Assembly: GCA_019244185.1 (NCBI GenBank) | Contig: JAFATB010000016.1 | Coordinates: 1 to 31,109 of the forward strand | From: Acidobacteriota bacterium | GTDB lineage: Bacteria; Acidobacteriota; Thermoanaerobaculia; Gp7-AA8 | Length of the DNA: 31,109 nt | Reading direction: 5' to 3' | Position numbers and translations under genes: made by a program | The notes under the pieces: model-generated | What the model saw: only the letters and a program-made list of their open reading frames with translations | The model's database searches: none | What the model was told of the DNA's origin: nothing | Shown: positions 28,032 through 31,109 of the stretch, piece after piece | Layout: the number at the start of each line of letters is the position of its first letter | How positions within the stretch are numbered: position 1 is the stretch's first letter

Positions 28032-31000
28032 TCAGCGCGCGACGACGGCGTGCTGTTCCTGCAGCGCCGCGAGCGTGCTCACGCCTTCTTTGAGCGAGCG
28101 GATTCCCTCGACGCACGCGGTCGCGGCGGTGAGCGTCGTGATGCACGGCACGTTCATCTGCAGCGCGATGCGGCGGATGTACGTGTCGTCGACGAAGGCC
28201 GACTTGCCGAAGGGCGTGTTGATCGCCAGCGCGACCTCGCCGTTGATCATGCGGTCGATGATGTTGGGCCGCGCCTCGTGCACTTTCCACACGAGCTCCG
28301 CCTCGACGCCGTTCTGCAGCAGGAACTCGCGCGTGCCGGCGGTGGCGATGAGACGGAAGCCGAGGTGCACGAGCTCGCGCGCGAGGTGCGCGACGTGCGG
28401 CCGCTTGTCGTTGTCGTTGATGGAGATGAACGCCATGCCTTCGAGCGGCAGCTTGGTGCCCGCGCCGAGGAGCGCTTTCGCGTACGCCTCGCCGAAGCTC
28501 GGCGAGCTGCCCATCACTTCGCCCGTCGACTTCATCTCCGGGCCGAGGAGCGTGTCCTCGCGCGGGAAGCGGTTGAACGGGAACACCGGCGCTTTCACGA
28601 AGTAGCCGTCGACGCGCGGCTCGTGCACGAGTCCGAGCGAGCGCAGCGTCTCGCCGGCCATGACTTTCGCCGCGATCTTCGCGAACGAGACGCCGGTCGC
28701 CTTCGAGACATACGGCACCGTGCGCGATGCGCGCGGGTTGACTTCGAGCACGTACAGCTCGCCGCGGTAGATCGCGTACTGCACGTTCATGAGGCCGATG
28801 ACGTTGAGCGCCTTCGCCAGCTCGATCGTACGGCGGCGGATCTTGTCCTGCTCGCGGTGGCCGATGATGTACGGCGGAATCACCGTCGTCGAGTCGCCGG
28901 AGTGGATGCCCGCTTCCTCGATGTGCTCCATCACGCCGGCGACGACGACCTCGTGTCCGTCGCCGACCGCGTCGACGTCGATCTCGATCGCGTCTTCGAG
29001 GAAGTGATCGACGAGGATCGGATGTCCGGGCGCGGCTTCGACCGCCTGCGCCATGTAGCGCGTGAGCGCCGCGGCGTCGTAGACGATGGCCATCGCGCGT
29101 CCGCCGAGGACGTACGACGGGCGCACGACGACGGGATAGCCGATGCGCTCCGCGACGGCGAGCGCCTCCTGCTCGTTCATGGCCGTGCCGTGCGCGGGCA
29201 CGAGGATGCCGTGATCGCGCGCGAGCGCGCCGAAGCGCTCGCGGTCTTCGGCGATGTCGATCGAGTCGACCGACGTGCCCCACATCGGCACGCCGGCGTC
29301 GGCGAGCTGCTTCGCGAGCTTGAGCGGCGTCTGTCCGCCGAACTGCACGATGACGCCTTCCGGCTGTTCGAGCTCGACGATCTCGAGCACGTCTTCGAGC
29401 GTGAGCGGCTCGAAGTAGAGGCGGTCCGACGTGTCGTAGTCGGTCGACACCGTCTCCGGATTGCAGTTGACCATGATGGTCTCGAAGCCGCTCGCGCGCA
29501 GCGCGAACGACGCGTGCACGCAGCACGTGTCGAACTCGATGCCCTGGCCGATGCGGTTCGGTCCCGAGCCGAGGATCACGACCTTGCGCTTGTCGGTCGG
29601 CGCGGCTTCGTTTTCGGTCTCGTAGGTCGAGTAGAGATACGGCGTCGTCGCTTCGAACTCGGCGGCGCAGGTGTCGACGCGTTTGTAGACGGGGCGGATG
29701 CCGAGGCGGTGACGTTCGGCGCGGACGTCCGTCTCGCTGCGGTTCGTGAGCTTCGCGAGCTGGCGGTCGGAGAAGCCGTTGCGCTTGAGCGCGAGCAGCG
29801 GGGTGGTGGCGACGTTGCGTTCGAGCTCCACGATCTTGCGGATCTCGCGGAGGAACCACGGGTCGATGAACGACATCGCGTGGATCTCGTCGACGGACAT
29901 CCCCGCGCGCATCGCGTCGCCGACGGCGAAGATGCGCTCCGGCGTCGGCGTGCGCAGCAGATCGGGGAGACGCTCGCCGGCGTGGCCGCGCGTCTCGAGG
30001 CCGGCCACGCCGATCTCGAGCGAGCGCAGTCCCTTCTGCAGCGCCTCGTTGAACGTGCGGCCGATGGCCATCGACTCGCCGACCGACTGCATGGAGAAGC
30101 TGAGATGCTGCGGCGTGTTCGGGAACTTCTCGAACGAGAAGCGCGGGATCTTCACGACCACGTAGTCGATCGACGGCTCGAACGACGCCGGCGTTTTCTT
30201 CGTGATGTCGTTCGGGATCTCGTCGAGCGTGTAGCCGGCGGCGAGCTTCGCGGCGAACTTCGCGATCGGAAAGCCGGTGGCTTTCGACGCGAGCGCCGAC
30301 GAGCGCGACACGCGCGGATTCATCTCGATGCAGATGCGGCGTCCGGTCTTCGGGTCGACGGCGAACTGGATGTTCGAGCCGCCGGTCTCGACGCCGATCG
30401 CGCGGATGATGCGCTTCGCCTCGTCGCGCATCGCCTGGTATTCGTCGTTCGTGAGCGTCTGCTGCGGCGCGACCGTGATCGAGTCGCCGGTGTGCACGCC
30501 CATCGGATCGACGTTCTCGATCGAGCAGACCATGATCACGTTGTCGGCCTTGTCGCGCATCACCTCGAGCTCGAACTCTTTCCAGCCGATCACCGACTCC
30601 TCGACGAGGACCCGATGGACCGGCGAGAGGTCGAGGCCGCGCGCGACGATGGAGCGCATCTCCTCGACGTTGTAGGCGATGCCGCCGCCCGACCCGCCGA
30701 GCGTGAAGGACGGCCGGATGACCAGCGGATAGCCGATGCGAGAGGCGAACTGCTCCGCTTCTTCGACCGATGCGGCATAGCCCGATTGCGCGCACTCGAC
30801 GCCGATCCGCGTCATCGCCTCTTTGAACAGCTGGCGATCCTCGGCGGTCTTGATGGCCTCGTAGTTCGCGCCGATGAGCTCCACACCGTGCTTTTGGAGC
30901 GCGCCGCTCTCGTGAAGAGCCATGGCCAGGTTGATGCCCGTCTGGCCGCCGACCGTGGGAAGGATGGCGTCCGGCCGCTCCCGCTCGATGATCCGCTCCA

Positions 31001-31109
31001 CCGTCTCCGGCGTCAGCGGCTCCACATACGTCCGGTCCGCAACCTCGGGGTCGGTCATGATCGTGGCCGGGTTGGAGTTGACGAGGATGACCTTGTAGCC
31101 CTCCTCCTT
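28032..31109 (-). CDS. carB: Carbamoyl-phosphate synthase large subunit (5' end beyond the window)
   Basis: [65 protein letters not shown]-terminal MGS-like domain. Confidence 0.98.
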   Translation of the reverse strand, partial: KEEGYKVILVNSNPATIMTDPEVADRTYVEPLTPETVERIIERERPDAILPTVGGQTGINLAMALHESGALQKHGVELIGANYEAIKTAEDRQLFKEAMTRIGVECAQSGYAASVEEAEQFASRIGYPLVIRPSFTLGGSGGGIAYNVEEMRSIVARGLDLSPVHRVLVEESVIGWKEFELEVMRDKADNVIMVCSIENVDPMGVHTGDSITVAPQQTLTNDEYQAMRDEAKRIIRAIGVETGGSNIQFAVDPKTGRRICIEMNPRVSRSSALASKATGFPIAKFAAKLAAGYTLDEIPNDITKKTPASFEPSIDYVVVKIPRFSFEKFPNTPQHLSFSMQSVGESMAIGRTFNEALQKGLRSLEIGVAGLETRGHAGERLPDLLRTPTPERIFAVGDAMRAGMSVDEIHAMSFIDPWFLREIRKIVELERNVATTPLLALKRNGFSDRQLAKLTNRSETDVRAERHRLGIRPVYKRVDTCAAEFEATTPYLYSTYETENEAAPTDKRKVVILGSGPNRIGQGIEFDTCCVHASFALRASGFETIMVNCNPETVSTDYDTSDRLYFEPLTLEDVLEIVELEQPEGVIVQFGGQTPLKLAKQLADAGVPMWGTSVDSIDIAEDRERFGALARDHGILVPAHGTAMNEQEALAVAERIGYPVVVRPSYVLGGRAMAIVYDAAALTRYMAQAVEAAPGHPILVDHFLEDAIEIDVDAVGDGHEVVVAGVMEHIEEAGIHSGDSTTVIPPYIIGHREQDKIRRRTIELAKALNVIGLMNVQYAIYRGELYVLEVNPRASRTVPYVSKATGVSFAKIAAKVMAGETLRSLGLVHEPRVDGYFVKAPVFPFNRFPREDTLLGPEMKSTGEVMGSSPSFGEAYAKALLGAGTKLPLEGMAFISINDNDKRPHVAHLARELVHLGFRLIATAGTREFLLQNGVEAELVWKVHEARPNIIDRMINGEVALAINTPFGKSAFVDDTYIRRIALQMNVPCITTLTAATACVEGIRSLKEGVSTLAALQEQHAVVAR

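Noticed and set aside
26263-30795. 1510-aa ORF suggesting a giant fusion
   Set aside because: The first ~930 aa are an Arg-rich off-frame reading of carB; the real gene starts at the signal peptide at 28002.

Overview
High-GC bacterial chromosomal window. Gene content and codon style suggest Acidobacteriota/Thermoanaerobaculia-like origin, but that is inference only. Bases 1-~5570 are a visibly less GC-rich accessory segment organised as an integron-type cassette array. It has five intact, unusually long (175-198 bp) attC-like sites of two sequence families, one internally deleted site and one degenerate site. These separate short cassettes: a trypsin-like protease, a secreted orphan, a 66-aa orphan with its own promoter, and an apparently ORF-less cassette. 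No integrase is visible in the window. The remainder is core genome: SRPBCC protein, PLP dehydratase, amidase-GerMN, holB-tmk, acs-SDR-GT2, purS/purQ, MBL hydrolase, murA-folP-cdaA-cdaR-glmM-SDR, a histone H1-like protein, a TPR-GGDEF cyclase and partial carB. Other points of note are a candidate structured sRNA behind a Rex-like operator (10421-10652), widespread leaderless TANNNT promoters, a probable CTG start, a Cys-to-Asp MurA and three intergenic palindromic elements.
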